A stretch of DNA of 64,000 bases from an uncultured Gemmatimonadota bacterium (GCA_964607465.1 CAZSKS010000006.1:5773-69772); one strand, 5' to 3'. Counted from the first letter of the stretch, positions 14,269-24,605 are shown. Notes: generated from the letters alone by a model not told the origin. Translations and numbers: made by a program.

Positions 14269-15206
14269 GCCGGAGCGTCGTCGTGGCCATCGGGGGGAAC
14301 GCCCTCTCCCCCTCCGGCGAGCCGGCCACCGTCACCAACCAGTTCCGCCACACCCGCCAGAGCCTGGCGTCCATCGTGGAGTTCGTCCTCGACGGGTGGA
14401 AGGTGGCGGTGGTGCACGGCAACGGTCCGCAGGTGGGCGACGAGCTCCGTCGCGGCGAGCTGGCGCGGGGGGAGGTCGAGCCCCTGCCGCTGGGCGTGCT
14501 GGTGGCCTCCACCGCCGGATGGATCGGCTACATGATCCAGCAGTCCCTCCAGAACGCCCTCCGCCGGGCGGGCTCGGACCGGCGGGTGGTCACCGTGCTC
14601 ACCCAGGTGCTCGTCGCCCCGGACGACCCCGACCTGGACCGGCCCAGCAAGTTCGTGGGTCGGCCGGTGCGGGAGCGGGACCGGCCGGCGCTGGAAGCGG
14701 AGGGGTACCGGGTCGCCGAGGACGCCCGGGGCCGGCTGCGCCGCAGGGTGCCCAGCCCGGACCCCGTCGGGGTCGTGGAAGGGGGGCTGGTGCAGGAGCT
14801 GGTCGGGCGGGGCGACGTGGTGATAACCGCCGGCGGCGGCGGGATCCCGGTCTACCGGGACCCGGAGCTGGGGCTGGAGGGGCTGGACGTGGTGCTGGAC
14901 AAGGACCGGTCGGCGGCGCTGCTGGCTCGGGAGATCGGGGCCTCCCAGCTCCTCATCCTGACCGACGTGGACGCGGTCTACCGTGATTTCGGCACGGCGG
15001 ATGCACGGCCCATCGCCCGTCTCCGGGCCGGCGGCGCGCGGGAGCTGGTCGCCGGCGGGGAGCTGGGCGAGGGGAGCATGCGCCCCAAGGTGGAGGCGTC
15101 CGTCCGCTTCCTGGAGGGAGGCGGCGATCGGGCGGTCATCGCCGACCTGGCGCAGGCCTCCCGGGCCCTGGCCGGCGAGGCGGGGACGGAGATCCTGCCG
15201 GACTGA
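14265..15206 (+). CDS. arcC: Carbamate kinase
   Basis: GTG 14265 overlaps the upstream stop (GTGA). VVVAIGGNAL, VVHGNGPQVG, ITAGGGGIPV and DKDRSAALLA motifs of the amino-acid kinase / carbamate kinase family. Confidence 0.8.
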   Translation: MSRSVVVAIGGNALSPSGEPATVTNQFRHTRQSLASIVEFVLDGWKVAVVHGNGPQVGDELRRGELARGEVEPLPLGVLVASTAGWIGYMIQQSLQNALRRAGSDRRVVTVLTQVLVAPDDPDLDRPSKFVGRPVRERDRPALEAEGYRVAEDARGRLRRRVPSPDPVGVVEGGLVQELVGRGDVVITAGGGGIPVYRDPELGLEGLDVVLDKDRSAALLAREIGASQLLILTDVDAVYRDFGTADARPIARLRAGGARELVAGGELGEGSMRPKVEASVRFLEGGGDRAVIADLAQASRALAGEAGTEILPD

Positions 15207-15224
15207 CGAAGACACGGAGAGGAC

Positions 15225-16355
15225 ATGGACATCCACGAGTACCAGGCGAAGTCGATCTTCCGCGACCACGGTCTGCCCGTGCCCCCGGGAGAGGTGGCCT
15301 CCACGCCGGACCGGGCCGGGGAGCTGGCCCGGGAGTACGGGGGTCGGGTCGTCGTGAAGGCCCAGGTCCACGCCGGGGGACGGGGCAAGGCCGGCGGGGT
15401 GAAGCTGGTCGACGGACCCTCCGAGGCGCGGGAGGCTGCCGCGGACATCCTGGGGATGGAGATCAAGGGGCTGGAGGTCCGGAAGGTGCTGGTCACCCCG
15501 GCCGTCGAGATCGCCTCGGAAGCCTACGCGGGCGTGGTCCTGGACCGGGGCTCGGGCCGGCCCGTCTTCATGGTCTCCCCCGAGGGCGGGGTGGACATCG
15601 AGCAGGTGGCCGAGGAGAACCCCGAAGCCATCAAGAAGCTTCCGGTGGACCCCAGGTACGGGCTGCTGGACAACCAGGCCAACCGGCTGGCCCACTTCCT
15701 GTACGACGACCCCGACGTCGCGAAGGGGGCGGCCGGGATCCTCGGCGGCCTGTGGGAGGCCTATCGGGACGCCGGGGCCACGCTGGCCGAGGTCAATCCA
15801 CTGGTGGTCACGTCCGGGGGCGAGCTGAAGGCCATCGACGCCAAGATGAACCTGGACGACAACGAGCTCTTCCGTCACCCGGAGCTCGCCGCCATGCGGG
15901 ACGAGGAGGCGGAGGCCCCGGCCGAGCGCACGGCCCGTGAGGCCGGCCTGAGCTACATCAAGCTGGAAGGGGGCGTCGGCTGCTGCGTGAACGGCGCCGG
16001 GCTGGCCATGGCCACCATGGACATGGTGAAGTTCTACGGCGGGGAGCCGGCGAACTTCCTGGACATCGGAGGCTCGTCGAACCCGGACAAGGTCGTGGCG
16101 GCCCTGGAGATCATCACCTCCGACCCCTCGGTGCGCTCCATCCTCTTCAACATCTTCGGCGGCATCACCCGCTGCGACGACGTGGCCAACGGCCTGGTGG
16201 AGGCGACGGGGCGGCTCGACCTGGACGTTCCCATCACCATACGGCTGACCGGCACCAACGAGGAGGAGGCGGTCCGCATCCTGGAGGACCACGGCTTCGA
16301 AGCGATGCTGGACATGGACGAGGCGGTCGAGCGGGCCGTGGAGCTGGCCTCGTGA
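15225..16355 (+). CDS. sucC: Succinyl-CoA ligase (ADP-forming) subunit beta
   Basis: [21 protein letters not shown]-terminus, ATP-grasp domain. GGAGAGG Shine-Dalgarno upstream. Followed by sucD. Confidence 0.95.
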   Translation: MDIHEYQAKSIFRDHGLPVPPGEVASTPDRAGELAREYGGRVVVKAQVHAGGRGKAGGVKLVDGPSEAREAAADILGMEIKGLEVRKVLVTPAVEIASEAYAGVVLDRGSGRPVFMVSPEGGVDIEQVAEENPEAIKKLPVDPRYGLLDNQANRLAHFLYDDPDVAKGAAGILGGLWEAYRDAGATLAEVNPLVVTSGGELKAIDAKMNLDDNELFRHPELAAMRDEEAEAPAERTAREAGLSYIKLEGGVGCCVNGAGLAMATMDMVKFYGGEPANFLDIGGSSNPDKVVAALEIITSDPSVRSILFNIFGGITRCDDVANGLVEATGRLDLDVPITIRLTGTNEEEAVRILEDHGFEAMLDMDEAVERAVELAS

Positions 16356-16401
16356 GGTCGCGACGAGACACGATCACGTACGGCACGGGCGGGAGCGCGG
16401 G

Positions 16402-17271
16402 ATGAGCATCTTCATCGACGGTGACACGCGGGTCGTGGTGCAGGGCATCACGGGCCGGGACGGGTCCTTCCACGCGCGCCAGATGCGTGACTACGGCACC
16501 GCGGTGGTGGCCGGGGTGACGCCGGGGAAGGGCGGGGAGGAGGTCCACGGCATCCCCGTCTTCGACACCGTCGAGGAGACGGTGGACGCCGAGGGGGCCG
16601 ACACGAGCGTGGTGTACGTGCCGGCCCCCTACGCCGCGGATGCCGTCTACGAGGCGGCCGACAGCGGCGTGGAGCAGGTGATCTGCATCACCGAGGGCAT
16701 CCCGGTGGGGGACATGACGCGCCTCCTCCCGTACGTGGAGGAGCGCGGGGTGCGCCTGATCGGCCCCAACTGTCCCGGCGCCATCACGCCCGGCGTCTGC
16801 AAGGTGGGCATCCTCCCGGGCCAGATCGTCCGGGAAGGGCCCGTGGGCATCGTGAGCCGCAGCGGCACGCTGACCTACGAGGTGATCCACCAGCTGTCGA
16901 GCCGGGACATCGGCCAGTCCACCTGCGTCGGCATCGGCGGCGACCCCCTCATCGGCACCGACTTCGTCGACTGCCTCCGGGCCTTCGAGGACGATCCCGA
17001 CACCCGGGCCGTAGCGCTGATCGGCGAGATCGGGGGCACCGACGAACAGGCCGCGGCCCGCTACGTGGAGGCGGAGATGGAGACGCCCGTGGTGGGCTTC
17101 ATCGCCGGACAGACGGCGCCGCCCGGCCGCCGGATGGGCCATGCCGGAGCCATCATCTCGGGGGCCGAGGGCACCGCAGGGGCGAAGATGGAGTTCTTCC
17201 GGGAGCACGGCGTGGCCGTGGCCGAGCGGCCGGCCGACGTCGGCGAGATCGTCGCCGGGTGGCTGGGCTGA
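16402..17271 (+). CDS. sucD: Succinyl-CoA ligase subunit alpha
   Basis: [20 protein letters not shown] and the phosphohistidine loop MGHAGAII. Confidence 0.95.
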   Translation: MSIFIDGDTRVVVQGITGRDGSFHARQMRDYGTAVVAGVTPGKGGEEVHGIPVFDTVEETVDAEGADTSVVYVPAPYAADAVYEAADSGVEQVICITEGIPVGDMTRLLPYVEERGVRLIGPNCPGAITPGVCKVGILPGQIVREGPVGIVSRSGTLTYEVIHQLSSRDIGQSTCVGIGGDPLIGTDFVDCLRAFEDDPDTRAVALIGEIGGTDEQAAARYVEAEMETPVVGFIAGQTAPPGRRMGHAGAIISGAEGTAGAKMEFFREHGVAVAERPADVGEIVAGWLG

Positions 17272-17319
17272 CGACCGCCCGGCATCGGATCCGTCCCGCG
17301 CCGGACGCGGAGCGACGAG

Positions 17320-17346
17320 GCACATCGAGCCACAGACACATCGAGC
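17320..17346 (+). repeat. 11-nt direct repeat in the sucD-ndk spacer
   Basis: CACATCGAGCC occurs at 17320-17330 and 17336-17346, directly upstream of the ndk Shine-Dalgarno. Significance unknown. Confidence 0.8.
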
Positions 17347-17366
17347 CTACGAGGAGCAGGAGATAG

Positions 17367-17789
17367 ATGAGCGACGTGGAGCGCACGCTGGCCATCATCA
17401 AGCCCGACGCCATGGGGGCGGGAAGGACGGGACGCATCCTGGCGCACCTGGAGGAGGCCGGGTTCCGGATCCTGGCCGCCCGGGTCGTCCTTCTCACCCA
17501 GCCCCAGGCGGAGGCCTTCTACGCCGTACACCGGGAGAAACCTTTCTTCCGGTCCCTGGTACAGTTCATGACTTCCGGCCGGTGCATGCCCCTGGCCCTG
17601 GAGCGCGAGGACGCGGTGGGGGAGCTGCGCCGGGTCATCGGGGCCACCGATCCCGCCGAGGCGGAGGAGGGCACGGTGCGGGCGCTGTACGCGGAGAGCG
17701 TGGAGCGCAACGCGATCCATGCGTCGGACTCGTCCGAGAACGCCCGGCAGGAGCTGGCCTTCTTCTTTCCCCGGACGGAGCTGGTCTGA
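17367..17789 (+). CDS. ndk: Nucleoside-diphosphate kinase
   Basis: ERTLAIIKPDA and active-site NAIHASDS. 140 aa. GGAG Shine-Dalgarno upstream. Confidence 0.95.
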   Translation: MSDVERTLAIIKPDAMGAGRTGRILAHLEEAGFRILAARVVLLTQPQAEAFYAVHREKPFFRSLVQFMTSGRCMPLALEREDAVGELRRVIGATDPAEAEEGTVRALYAESVERNAIHASDSSENARQELAFFFPRTELV

Positions 17790-17798
17790 CGCCCGGCG

Positions 17799-17824
17799 GG
17801 GACCGCCGATGCATTGACGGTCCC
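17799..17824 (+). terminator. Hairpin downstream of ndk
   Basis: GGGACCG (17799-17805) pairs with CGGTCCC (17818-17824), with a 12-nt loop. It starts 10 nt after the ndk stop. No U-tract. Confidence 0.3.
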
Positions 17825-17842
17825 GTCCCGCGAGCCTATTCA
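17814..17842 (+). promoter_or_regulatory. Possible promoter for yceD-rpmF-fab genes
   Basis: TTGACG (17814-17819), a 17-nt spacer, then TATTCA (17837-17842). This would give a very short leader before ATG 17860. Confidence 0.2.
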
Positions 17843-17859
17843 TTCCGCCATCCGATGCG

Positions 17860-18387
17860 ATGCTGAGCCTGGAGCTGGGGCCTCTCGAGCGTGGGCCCAG
17901 GGAGTGGCGGGAGGAGATCCCGCTGGAGGACGGGCCCTGGAGCGACACCGACCTCCGGTTCGAAGCGCCCCCGGAGGCCCGCCTGCGAGCGGCGCTGACG
18001 GGCAGCCGCGGCGTGCACGTGACGGGGGAGGTCGGAGCCACGGTGGTGCTGGATTGCCGTCGTTGCCTGGAGGACGTCGCCCGGGACCTCGACGTCGAGC
18101 TGGACCTGCTGTTCGACCCCGGGGTGGAGAAGGAGGGCGACGAGGAGCAGGTCTACCTCCTGGAGGCCGAGGCCGACGTGCTGGACCTGACCCCGGCGAT
18201 CCGGGAACAGCTCCTGCTGGAGGTGCCGCCCTACCCGCTGTGTCGGGAGGACTGCCGGGGGCTGTGTCCGAGATGCGGCATCGACCGCAACGAGGCATCC
18301 TGCGACTGCACGCTGACGGAGCCCGATCCCCGCTGGGACGCATTGCGTGACCTGAAGGAAGAGATGCAGGCGGAAGACGGAACCTAG
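17860..18387 (+). CDS. yceD: YceD/DUF177 family protein (23S rRNA accumulation protein-like)
   Basis: 175 aa, acidic, with C-terminal CxxxCxGLCPxCG..N...C motifs. Conserved position directly upstream of rpmF. Confidence 0.75.
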   Translation: MLSLELGPLERGPREWREEIPLEDGPWSDTDLRFEAPPEARLRAALTGSRGVHVTGEVGATVVLDCRRCLEDVARDLDVELDLLFDPGVEKEGDEEQVYLLEAEADVLDLTPAIREQLLLEVPPYPLCREDCRGLCPRCGIDRNEASCDCTLTEPDPRWDALRDLKEEMQAEDGT

Positions 18388-18405
18388 AGACCGAGGACGA
18401 TCACC

Positions 18406-18588
18406 ATGGCCGTACCGAAGAAGCGAACGTCGAAGCAGCGCAAGCGGAAGCGCCGGACCCACCACGGGGACGACGTGCCCGCCCACCAGTCCTGTCCCCG
18501 ATGCGGGGACTTCCGCCGGCCCCACCGGGTCTGTCCCACCTGCGGGCATTACCGGGGCGAGGCCGTGGTGGAGATCGAAGAGTTCTGA
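18406..18588 (+). CDS. rpmF: 50S ribosomal protein L32
   Basis: [21 protein letters not shown]-terminus and CPRCG...CPTCG zinc ribbon. 60 aa. Confidence 0.95.
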   Translation: MAVPKKRTSKQRKRKRRTHHGDDVPAHQSCPRCGDFRRPHRVCPTCGHYRGEAVVEIEEF

Positions 18589-19532
18589 CGGCGCCGGGCC
18601 AGGGCGGGAGCGCGATCCTCCTCCCCGGCCAGGGGGCCCAGTCGGTGGGCATGGGCCGCGACCTGGCGGGGGCCTTTCCGGAGGCCGATCGGCTGTACGC
18701 ACAGGCAGAGGAGATCCTGGACGTCCCCCTCCGGAGGATCTGCTGGGAAGGCCCCGAGGACGAGCTCACCCGCACCGAGAACGCCCAGCCCGCCATCCTG
18801 CTCCACAGCTACGTGGCCTGGCGCCTCCTTCCCGAACCCGTGCGGGCGTCCGCCAGGGTCGCCGCGGGTCACTCCCTCGGGGAGTTCACCGCCTACCTGG
18901 TGTCCGGAGCGCTCTCCTTCGCGGACGCCCTCCGGCTCGTCCGCCGCCGGGGTGAGCTGATGGCCCGGTCGGACGAGGGGACCATGGCGGCGGTGCTGGG
19001 GCTGGACGACGAGCAGGTGGAGGAGGTCTGCGAGGCGGTGGAGGGCGTGGTCGTGGCGGCCAATTACAACGCGCCCGGCCAGGTGGTGATCAGCGGCTCC
19101 GTGGAGGCGGTGAAGCGGGCCTCCGAGCGGGCCGGGGAGACGGGGGCGCGACGCGTCCTGGCCCTGGACGTGAGCGGGGCCTTCCACTCGCCCCTGATGG
19201 AGGTGGCGCGGGAGGGGCTGGCCGAGGCCTTGCAGGAAGTGGAGCTGCGGGACCCCGACTTCCCGGTGGTGGCCAACGTCACCGCGGAGCCGGTCACCGA
19301 CGGCGAGCAGGCCCGGGAGCTGCTGGTGCGCCAGCTGACCTCCCCCGTGCGCTGGGCGGACACGGTGGCACGGATGAAGGGCTTCGGCGCCGGGCGCTGG
19401 CTGGAGCTGGGCCCCGGAAAGGTGCTGGCGGGGCTGGCGCGTCGGGTCGACCGATCGCTGGAGGTTCGGAGCGTCGGGACGGCCGAGGATCTGGAAGACC
19501 TGGAGCTGGAGGAGGAGCGCCCGGATGGGTGA
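18585..19532 (+). CDS. fabD: Malonyl CoA-ACP transacylase (start codon uncertain)
   Basis: [13 protein letters not shown] and GHSLGEFTA active-site motifs. There is no ATG/GTG/TTG between the rpmF stop (18588) and the conserved N-terminal motif. Options are CTG 18585, ATG 18501 (88-nt overlap with rpmF) or GTG 18645 (truncates the motif). Confidence 0.85.
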   Translation: MTAPGQGGSAILLPGQGAQSVGMGRDLAGAFPEADRLYAQAEEILDVPLRRICWEGPEDELTRTENAQPAILLHSYVAWRLLPEPVRASARVAAGHSLGEFTAYLVSGALSFADALRLVRRRGELMARSDEGTMAAVLGLDDEQVEEVCEAVEGVVVAANYNAPGQVVISGSVEAVKRASERAGETGARRVLALDVSGAFHSPLMEVAREGLAEALQEVELRDPDFPVVANVTAEPVTDGEQARELLVRQLTSPVRWADTVARMKGFGAGRWLELGPGKVLAGLARRVDRSLEVRSVGTAEDLEDLELEEERPDG

Positions 19533-20262
19533 GCTGGACGGGAAGACGGCCATCGTCACCGGCGGATCGCGGGGCATCGGCTTCGCCATCGCCGAGACGC
19601 TGGCGACGGAGGGCGCCCCGGTGGCCGTGACGGCCCGGGACGAGGGACGGGCCGGCGAGGCGGCCGAGGCCCTGGGGGGCGCCGGGGGGAGGGGGTACGC
19701 GTGCGACGTGCAGGATCCGGAGGCGTGTGACGCGCTCGTGGAGCGGGTGGAGGAGGAGATCGGACCCGTGGAGATCCTGGTCAACAACGCGGGGATCACC
19801 CGGGACAACCTGCTGGTGCGCCTGAAGGACGAGGACTGGCAGGACGTGCTGGACACCAACCTCAGGGGCGCCTTCTTCATGATCCGGGCGACAGCCCGAG
19901 GCATGATGCGGAGGCGGTCGGGGCGCATCGTGAACATCGCCAGCGTCGTGGGCTTGACGGGGAACCGCGGGCAGGCCAACTATGCGGCGTCGAAGGCCGG
20001 CCTGGTCGGGCTGACCAAGTCCGTGGCCCAGGAGCTCGCGAGCCGGAACGTGCTGGCCAACGCGGTCGCCCCGGGCTACGTGGAGACGGACATGACGTCC
20101 GACCTCGGCGAAGACGCCCGGGAGGCCCTCCTGGATCGCATCCCGCTGGACCGTCTCGGCCAGCCCGACGACGTGGCGAGCGTGGTCCGGTTCCTCGTGG
20201 GACCGGGCGCCTCGTACATCACGGGCCAGGTACTGGTCGTGGACGGCGGCATGGTCATGTGA
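19525..20262 (+). CDS. fabG: 3-oxoacyl-ACP reductase
   Basis: [14 protein letters not shown] and YAASKAG SDR motifs. 8-nt overlap with fabD. Confidence 0.92.
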   Translation: MGELDGKTAIVTGGSRGIGFAIAETLATEGAPVAVTARDEGRAGEAAEALGGAGGRGYACDVQDPEACDALVERVEEEIGPVEILVNNAGITRDNLLVRLKDEDWQDVLDTNLRGAFFMIRATARGMMRRRSGRIVNIASVVGLTGNRGQANYAASKAGLVGLTKSVAQELASRNVLANAVAPGYVETDMTSDLGEDAREALLDRIPLDRLGQPDDVASVVRFLVGPGASYITGQVLVVDGGMVM

Positions 20263-20298
20263 GGACGACGACGTCAACCTGCAGAAAAGGAAGCCCCG

Positions 20299-20538
20299 AT
20301 GTCTGATATCGCGGATACCGTGAAGGAGATCATCGCCAGCGAGCTCGGTGTGGAGGTCGGGAAGGTGACCGGCGACGCCCACTTCGTGGACGACCTGGGC
20401 GCCGACTCCCTGGACACCGTCGAGCTCGTGATGGCCTTCGAGGAGGAATTCGGCCTGGAGATCCCGGACGAGGACGCCGAGGAGATGCAGACGGTGGCCG
20501 ACGCCATCGACTACCTCTCGGCCAAGCAGGAGGGCTGA
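20299..20538 (+). CDS. acpP: Acyl carrier protein
   Basis: 79 aa. [19 protein letters not shown] phosphopantetheine attachment site. AAGGAAG Shine-Dalgarno upstream. Confidence 0.96.
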   Translation: MSDIADTVKEIIASELGVEVGKVTGDAHFVDDLGADSLDTVELVMAFEEEFGLEIPDEDAEEMQTVADAIDYLSAKQEG

Positions 20539-20563
20539 CGCCCGGTCGTCCTCCCCTATCGCC

Positions 20564-21823
20564 ATGGAGAGCTCCCACCGGCGCGTCGTCATCACGGGCC
20601 TCGGGCTGGTCACGCCCGTCGGCAACGAGGTCGAGTCCACCTGGCAGGCCCTGCTGGAGGGCCGCAGCGGGGCCGGCCCGATCACCCGGTTCGACGCCTC
20701 GGAGCACGACGTCCGCTTCGCCTGCGAGGTCGAGGGGTTCGATCCCCACGACTATCTGGACCGCAAGGAGGTCAAGCGGACCGACCGCTTCCTCCAGTTC
20801 GCCCTGGCCACGGCCGACCAGGCCGTCGAGGCCTCGGGCGTGGAGCCGACCATCGGAGAGCTCCCGGACGAGCGAGTCGGGGTGGTGGTGGGAAGCGGCA
20901 TCGGCGGTCTCGACACGATGGAGACGCAGCACAGCCGTCTCCTGGAGCGCGGTCCCGGCCGGGTGTCGCCGTTCTTCATCCCGATGTTCATCGCCGACAT
21001 GGCCAGCGGGCTCATCTCGATGCGCTACGAGGCCCGGGGCCCCAACTACGCCACGGTCTCGGCGTGCTCCTCCAGCGCGCACGCGCTGGGCCTCGCCTAC
21101 CGGTCCATCCGTACCGGCGAGGCGGACGTGATGATCACCGGCGGGACGGAGGCGACGATCACGCCCCTGTGCGTGGCCGGCTTCTCCTCCATGAAGGCCC
21201 TCTCCACCCGGAACGAGGAGCCGGAACGGGCCTCCCGGCCGTTCGACGGGGATCGGGACGGATTCGTGCTGGGGGAGGGCGCCGGCATGATGGTGCTGGA
21301 GACCCTGGAACACGCCCGGGAGCGGGGAGCCCCGATCCTGGCCGAGTTCGTCGGCTTCGGCCAGAGCGCCGACGCCTACCACATGACGGCCCCCGCACCG
21401 GAGGGGGAGGGGGCCCAGGCCGCCATGCGGCTGGCCCTGGCCGACGGGGAGCTGGAGCCGGAGGACGTCGTCTACGTCAACGCCCACGGAACCTCCACCC
21501 CCGCCAACGACAGCACGGAGACCACGGCCATCAAGGGCGTGTTCGGCGACCATGCCCGGGAGCTGCTGGTGGGATCGACGAAGTCCATGACGGGCCATAC
21601 CCTCGGAGCGGCCGGCGCGCTGGAGGCCGCCATCTCCATCCTCGTCTGCCAGCGGAGCGTCGTCCCCCCGACGATCAACTATGAGACGCCCGATCCCGAG
21701 TGTGACCTGGACTACGTGACCGAAGGCCCGGTGGAGAGGGAGGTCCCGGTGGCCGTGACGAACTCGTTCGGCTTCGGGGGGCACAACGTCTGTCTCGCGT
21801 TTCGCCGCTGGGAGGAGGACTGA
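20564..21823 (+). CDS. fabF: 3-oxoacyl-ACP synthase II
   Basis: Active-site Cys in ACSSSAHAL, plus the HGTSTPANDS and GHTLGAAG motifs. Confidence 0.93.
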   Translation: MESSHRRVVITGLGLVTPVGNEVESTWQALLEGRSGAGPITRFDASEHDVRFACEVEGFDPHDYLDRKEVKRTDRFLQFALATADQAVEASGVEPTIGELPDERVGVVVGSGIGGLDTMETQHSRLLERGPGRVSPFFIPMFIADMASGLISMRYEARGPNYATVSACSSSAHALGLAYRSIRTGEADVMITGGTEATITPLCVAGFSSMKALSTRNEEPERASRPFDGDRDGFVLGEGAGMMVLETLEHARERGAPILAEFVGFGQSADAYHMTAPAPEGEGAQAAMRLALADGELEPEDVVYVNAHGTSTPANDSTETTAIKGVFGDHARELLVGSTKSMTGHTLGAAGALEAAISILVCQRSVVPPTINYETPDPECDLDYVTEGPVEREVPVAVTNSFGFGGHNVCLAFRRWEED

Positions 21824-21863
21824 GCCCGGGGGCGCCGTCCCGTGCTCACCCGGGCGGCACCGC

Positions 21864-22379
21864 ATGCGCGTAGGCCTGGGCTTCGATTCGCACCGCTTCG
21901 ACCCTTCCGTTCCCCTGGTCCTCGGGGGTGTGCGGATCCCCGACCATCCGGGCCTCGCGGGTCACTCCGACGGGGACGCGGTGGCCCACGCCGTGACCGA
22001 CGCCCTCCTGGGAGCGGCCGGCCTGGGCAGCATCGGGGAGCATTTTCCCGACGACGATCCGGACCTGGCCGGGGCCGATTCCCTCCAGCTGCTGGCCGAG
22101 GCCGTCCGGCTGGCGGAAGGCGAGAATTACCAGGTGGTGAACGTGGACGTCACGGTGGTGACCGAGAGCCCCCGGATCGCGCCGCTGGCGGGAGAGATGG
22201 AGGAGGCGCTGGCGGGGCGGCTGGGGGTCGGACCGGGCAAGGTCTCGGTGCGGGGCAAGAGCGGCGAGGGCATGGGATGGATCGGCCGGCAGGAAGGGCT
22301 CGCCGTGCTGGCCGTGGCGCTGCTGGACCGGATCGCCGACCTGGATACGCTGCACGCCAGCCTCCGCGCGGGCGGGTGA
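21864..22379 (+). CDS. ispF: 2-C-methyl-D-erythritol 2,4-cyclodiphosphate synthase
   Basis: GFDSHRF and GHSDGDAVAHA motifs. 171 aa. Confidence 0.93.
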   Translation: MRVGLGFDSHRFDPSVPLVLGGVRIPDHPGLAGHSDGDAVAHAVTDALLGAAGLGSIGEHFPDDDPDLAGADSLQLLAEAVRLAEGENYQVVNVDVTVVTESPRIAPLAGEMEEALAGRLGVGPGKVSVRGKSGEGMGWIGRQEGLAVLAVALLDRIADLDTLHASLRAGG

Positions 22380-22391
22380 GGGACGCCCCGC

Positions 22392-23033
22392 ATGCAGGAC
22401 CTGCTGGACCGACTCCTGGCCCTGCTGGACGTGGTCCCGGTCGAGACCGTCTACGTCCTCGTGGGCGTCGGGGTGGCCGTCGAGAATCTCTTCCCCCCCG
22501 TCCCCTCGGACACCTTCGTCGTGCTGGGCGGCGTGCTGGCCGACCGGGGGATCCTGGAGTGGCAGGTGGTGCTGGCCGTGGCGTGGGGAGCGAACTTCCT
22601 CATGGGCTGCTTCGTATACGCCATGGGCCGTCGGTATGGCCGGGCCATCTTCGACACCCGGTGGGGGGGGTGGCTCCTGCGTCCCCACCAGCTGGAACGG
22701 ATGTCCCACTTCTACGAGCGCCACGGCACGCTGACGATCCTGGTGAGCCGCTTCTTTCCCGTATTCCGCGTGCTGGTCCCGGTTTTCGCGGGGATCAGCC
22801 GTCTCCGATTCTGGAGGACGGCCCTTCCCCTGGGGGTGGCCTCGGCCATCTGGTACGGCCTCCTGGTCTGGGCGGGCGTGATCGCCTCCCGGAACGTGCC
22901 GCGCCTGATGTCGTGGTTGGAGGCCGCCAACGTCTGGCTCCTCGCCGGCGCCGCCCTCCTGGGGTCGGGCGTGCTGGCCTGGTGGTGGAGCACCCGGCGG
23001 CAGGACGACGGGGAGAAAGGGGAAGCCCCGTGA
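22392..23033 (+). CDS. DedA-family inner-membrane protein
   Basis: 213 aa, polytopic. VENLFPPVPSDTFVVLGG and SRFFPVFR motifs typical of DedA/SNARE-associated proteins. Confidence 0.75.
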   Translation: MQDLLDRLLALLDVVPVETVYVLVGVGVAVENLFPPVPSDTFVVLGGVLADRGILEWQVVLAVAWGANFLMGCFVYAMGRRYGRAIFDTRWGGWLLRPHQLERMSHFYERHGTLTILVSRFFPVFRVLVPVFAGISRLRFWRTALPLGVASAIWYGLLVWAGVIASRNVPRLMSWLEAANVWLLAGAALLGSGVLAWWWSTRRQDDGEKGEAP

Positions 23034-24013
23034 TCCCGGACCCGGAGGCCCCGGACGGCGACGGGTCCCCGCCCCCCACGTCCGGGGGCGGCGAGCCGGA
23101 GGACGCCGGCGACGCGGACCTGGAGCGGCGGTTCCTCCTGGGACCGTTCGCCGACTACCTGCGCTTCGACCGCGGGGTGTCGGAGCGTACCCGGGACGCC
23201 TACGTGCGGGACTGCCGCCAGCTGGCGGAGCATTGCGTCGATCGGGGCCTGGACCGTCCTTCGCGCATCGGATTCGCCGCCCTCCGGGACTTCGTGGCGA
23301 CGCTGGTGGACCGGGGCCTGGCCGCTTCCACGGTGGCCCGGAAGCTCTCCTCGCTGCGGGGGTATTTCGGCTTCCTCGTGGCCGAGGGTCACCGGGAGGA
23401 GGACCCCACCGAGCGCCTCGAGGCCCCGAGGCGTGGCCGTCCCCTGCCGGAGGTGTTGACCGTGGAGGAGGTGGAGCGGGTGCTGGCCGCCGTGCCGGTG
23501 GAGCACGACCTCGCCTTCCGGGACCGGGCCATGCTGGAGACCCTGTACGGCGCCGGCCTGAGGGTGTCCGAGCTCATCGGCCTGGGATCGCGGGATCTGC
23601 TGCTGGAGGAGGGCCTGCTGCGGGTCCGGGGGAAGGGCGATCGGGAGAGGATCGTGCCGGTGGGGGACCGTGCGGCCGAGGCCCTCCGCCGCTACCTTCG
23701 GGAGCTCAGGCCCCGGCTGGAGCGGGGCGAGGGAGGAGGGGTGGTCTTCCTGAACCAGCACGGCCGGCCGCTGAGCCGCATGGGGGCCTGGAAGATCGTC
23801 CGCCGCCACGTCGAGCGCGCCGATCTGGAGAAGCGGGTGACGCCCCACACCTTCCGACACTCCTTCGCCACGCACCTGCTGGAGGGCGGGGCGGACCTGG
23901 CCGCCGTCCAGGAGATGCTGGGACACGCCGACATATCCACGACCCAGATCTACACCCACGTGGACCGGGCCTACCTGCGGGACGTCCACCGCACGCACCA
24001 CCCGCGGGGATGA
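23030..24013 (+). CDS. xerD: Site-specific tyrosine recombinase, XerD type (XerC not excluded)
   Basis: GTG 23030 overlaps the dedA stop (GTGA). RDRAMLETLYGAGLRVSELIGL, RVRGKGDRERIVPVG and HTFRHSFATHLLEGGADLAAVQEMLGHADISTTQIYTHV, ending ..HHPRG as E. coli XerD ends ..HHPRA. Confidence 0.8.
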   Translation: MIPDPEAPDGDGSPPPTSGGGEPEDAGDADLERRFLLGPFADYLRFDRGVSERTRDAYVRDCRQLAEHCVDRGLDRPSRIGFAALRDFVATLVDRGLAASTVARKLSSLRGYFGFLVAEGHREEDPTERLEAPRRGRPLPEVLTVEEVERVLAAVPVEHDLAFRDRAMLETLYGAGLRVSELIGLGSRDLLLEEGLLRVRGKGDRERIVPVGDRAAEALRRYLRELRPRLERGEGGGVVFLNQHGRPLSRMGAWKIVRRHVERADLEKRVTPHTFRHSFATHLLEGGADLAAVQEMLGHADISTTQIYTHVDRAYLRDVHRTHHPRG

Positions 24014-24065
24014 CGGCGCGGCGAGCGACCGTCGCCCTCTCGCCGGCCAGGGCCGGGGGACGGGC

Positions 24066-24605
24066 GTGAGCCGGGCGTCGCGGGTCCTCAGCCTGGCCCG
24101 CAATCGGCGCCCCGTGCGTCGGTTCGACGATCGACCGGTGCCTGCCGAATCCCTGGAGTGCGTGCTGGAAGCGGCCCGCTACGCACCGTCGGCGAAGGAG
24201 GCGCAGCCGTGGCGCTTCGTGGTGGTGCAGGACGCCCGCAAGCGGCACAGGCTGGCCTCGGCCGCCTTCAACCATCCCCACGCGCGAAGCGCTCCCGTCC
24301 TGGTGGCCGCCTGCGCCCGGGTGCACACGCACGTCAGCGGCGTCGGCCGGCCGAGCTGGCCCCTGGACCTGGCGGCGGCGATCCAGAACATGGTCCTCGC
24401 CGCCGCGGACCTCGGGCTGGCGACCAGCTGGCTCACCGGGTTCCGGGAACCGTCGGTCCGGGAGATCCTGGACGTCCCCGATCCGGTCCCCGTGGCGGCG
24501 CTCCTGGCCGTCGGCTTCCCCGAGGGGCTGGCGCCGCTTCCGGAGCGGGAGCCCTGGGAGGAGGTCGTCCGGTGGGGCGGCTGGCGGGCCGGGGAGGAAG
24601 GATGA
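24066..24605 (+). CDS. Nitroreductase-family protein
   Basis: 179 aa. RRPVRRFDDRPV..LE.VLEAARYAPSAKEAQPWRFVVV is the typical nitroreductase N-terminal FMN-binding signature. Confidence 0.8.
   Translation: MSRASRVLSLARNRRPVRRFDDRPVPAESLECVLEAARYAPSAKEAQPWRFVVVQDARKRHRLASAAFNHPHARSAPVLVAACARVHTHVSGVGRPSWPLDLAAAIQNMVLAAADLGLATSWLTGFREPSVREILDVPDPVPVAALLAVGFPEGLAPLPEREPWEEVVRWGGWRAGEEG

Noticed and set aside
23030-24013. Tyrosine recombinase as a marker of a phage, integron or genomic island.
   Set aside because: The sequence is XerD-like along its whole length (ending HHPRG). It is translationally coupled to a DedA gene and flanked by housekeeping genes. There are no tRNA, att-like repeats or phage genes nearby.
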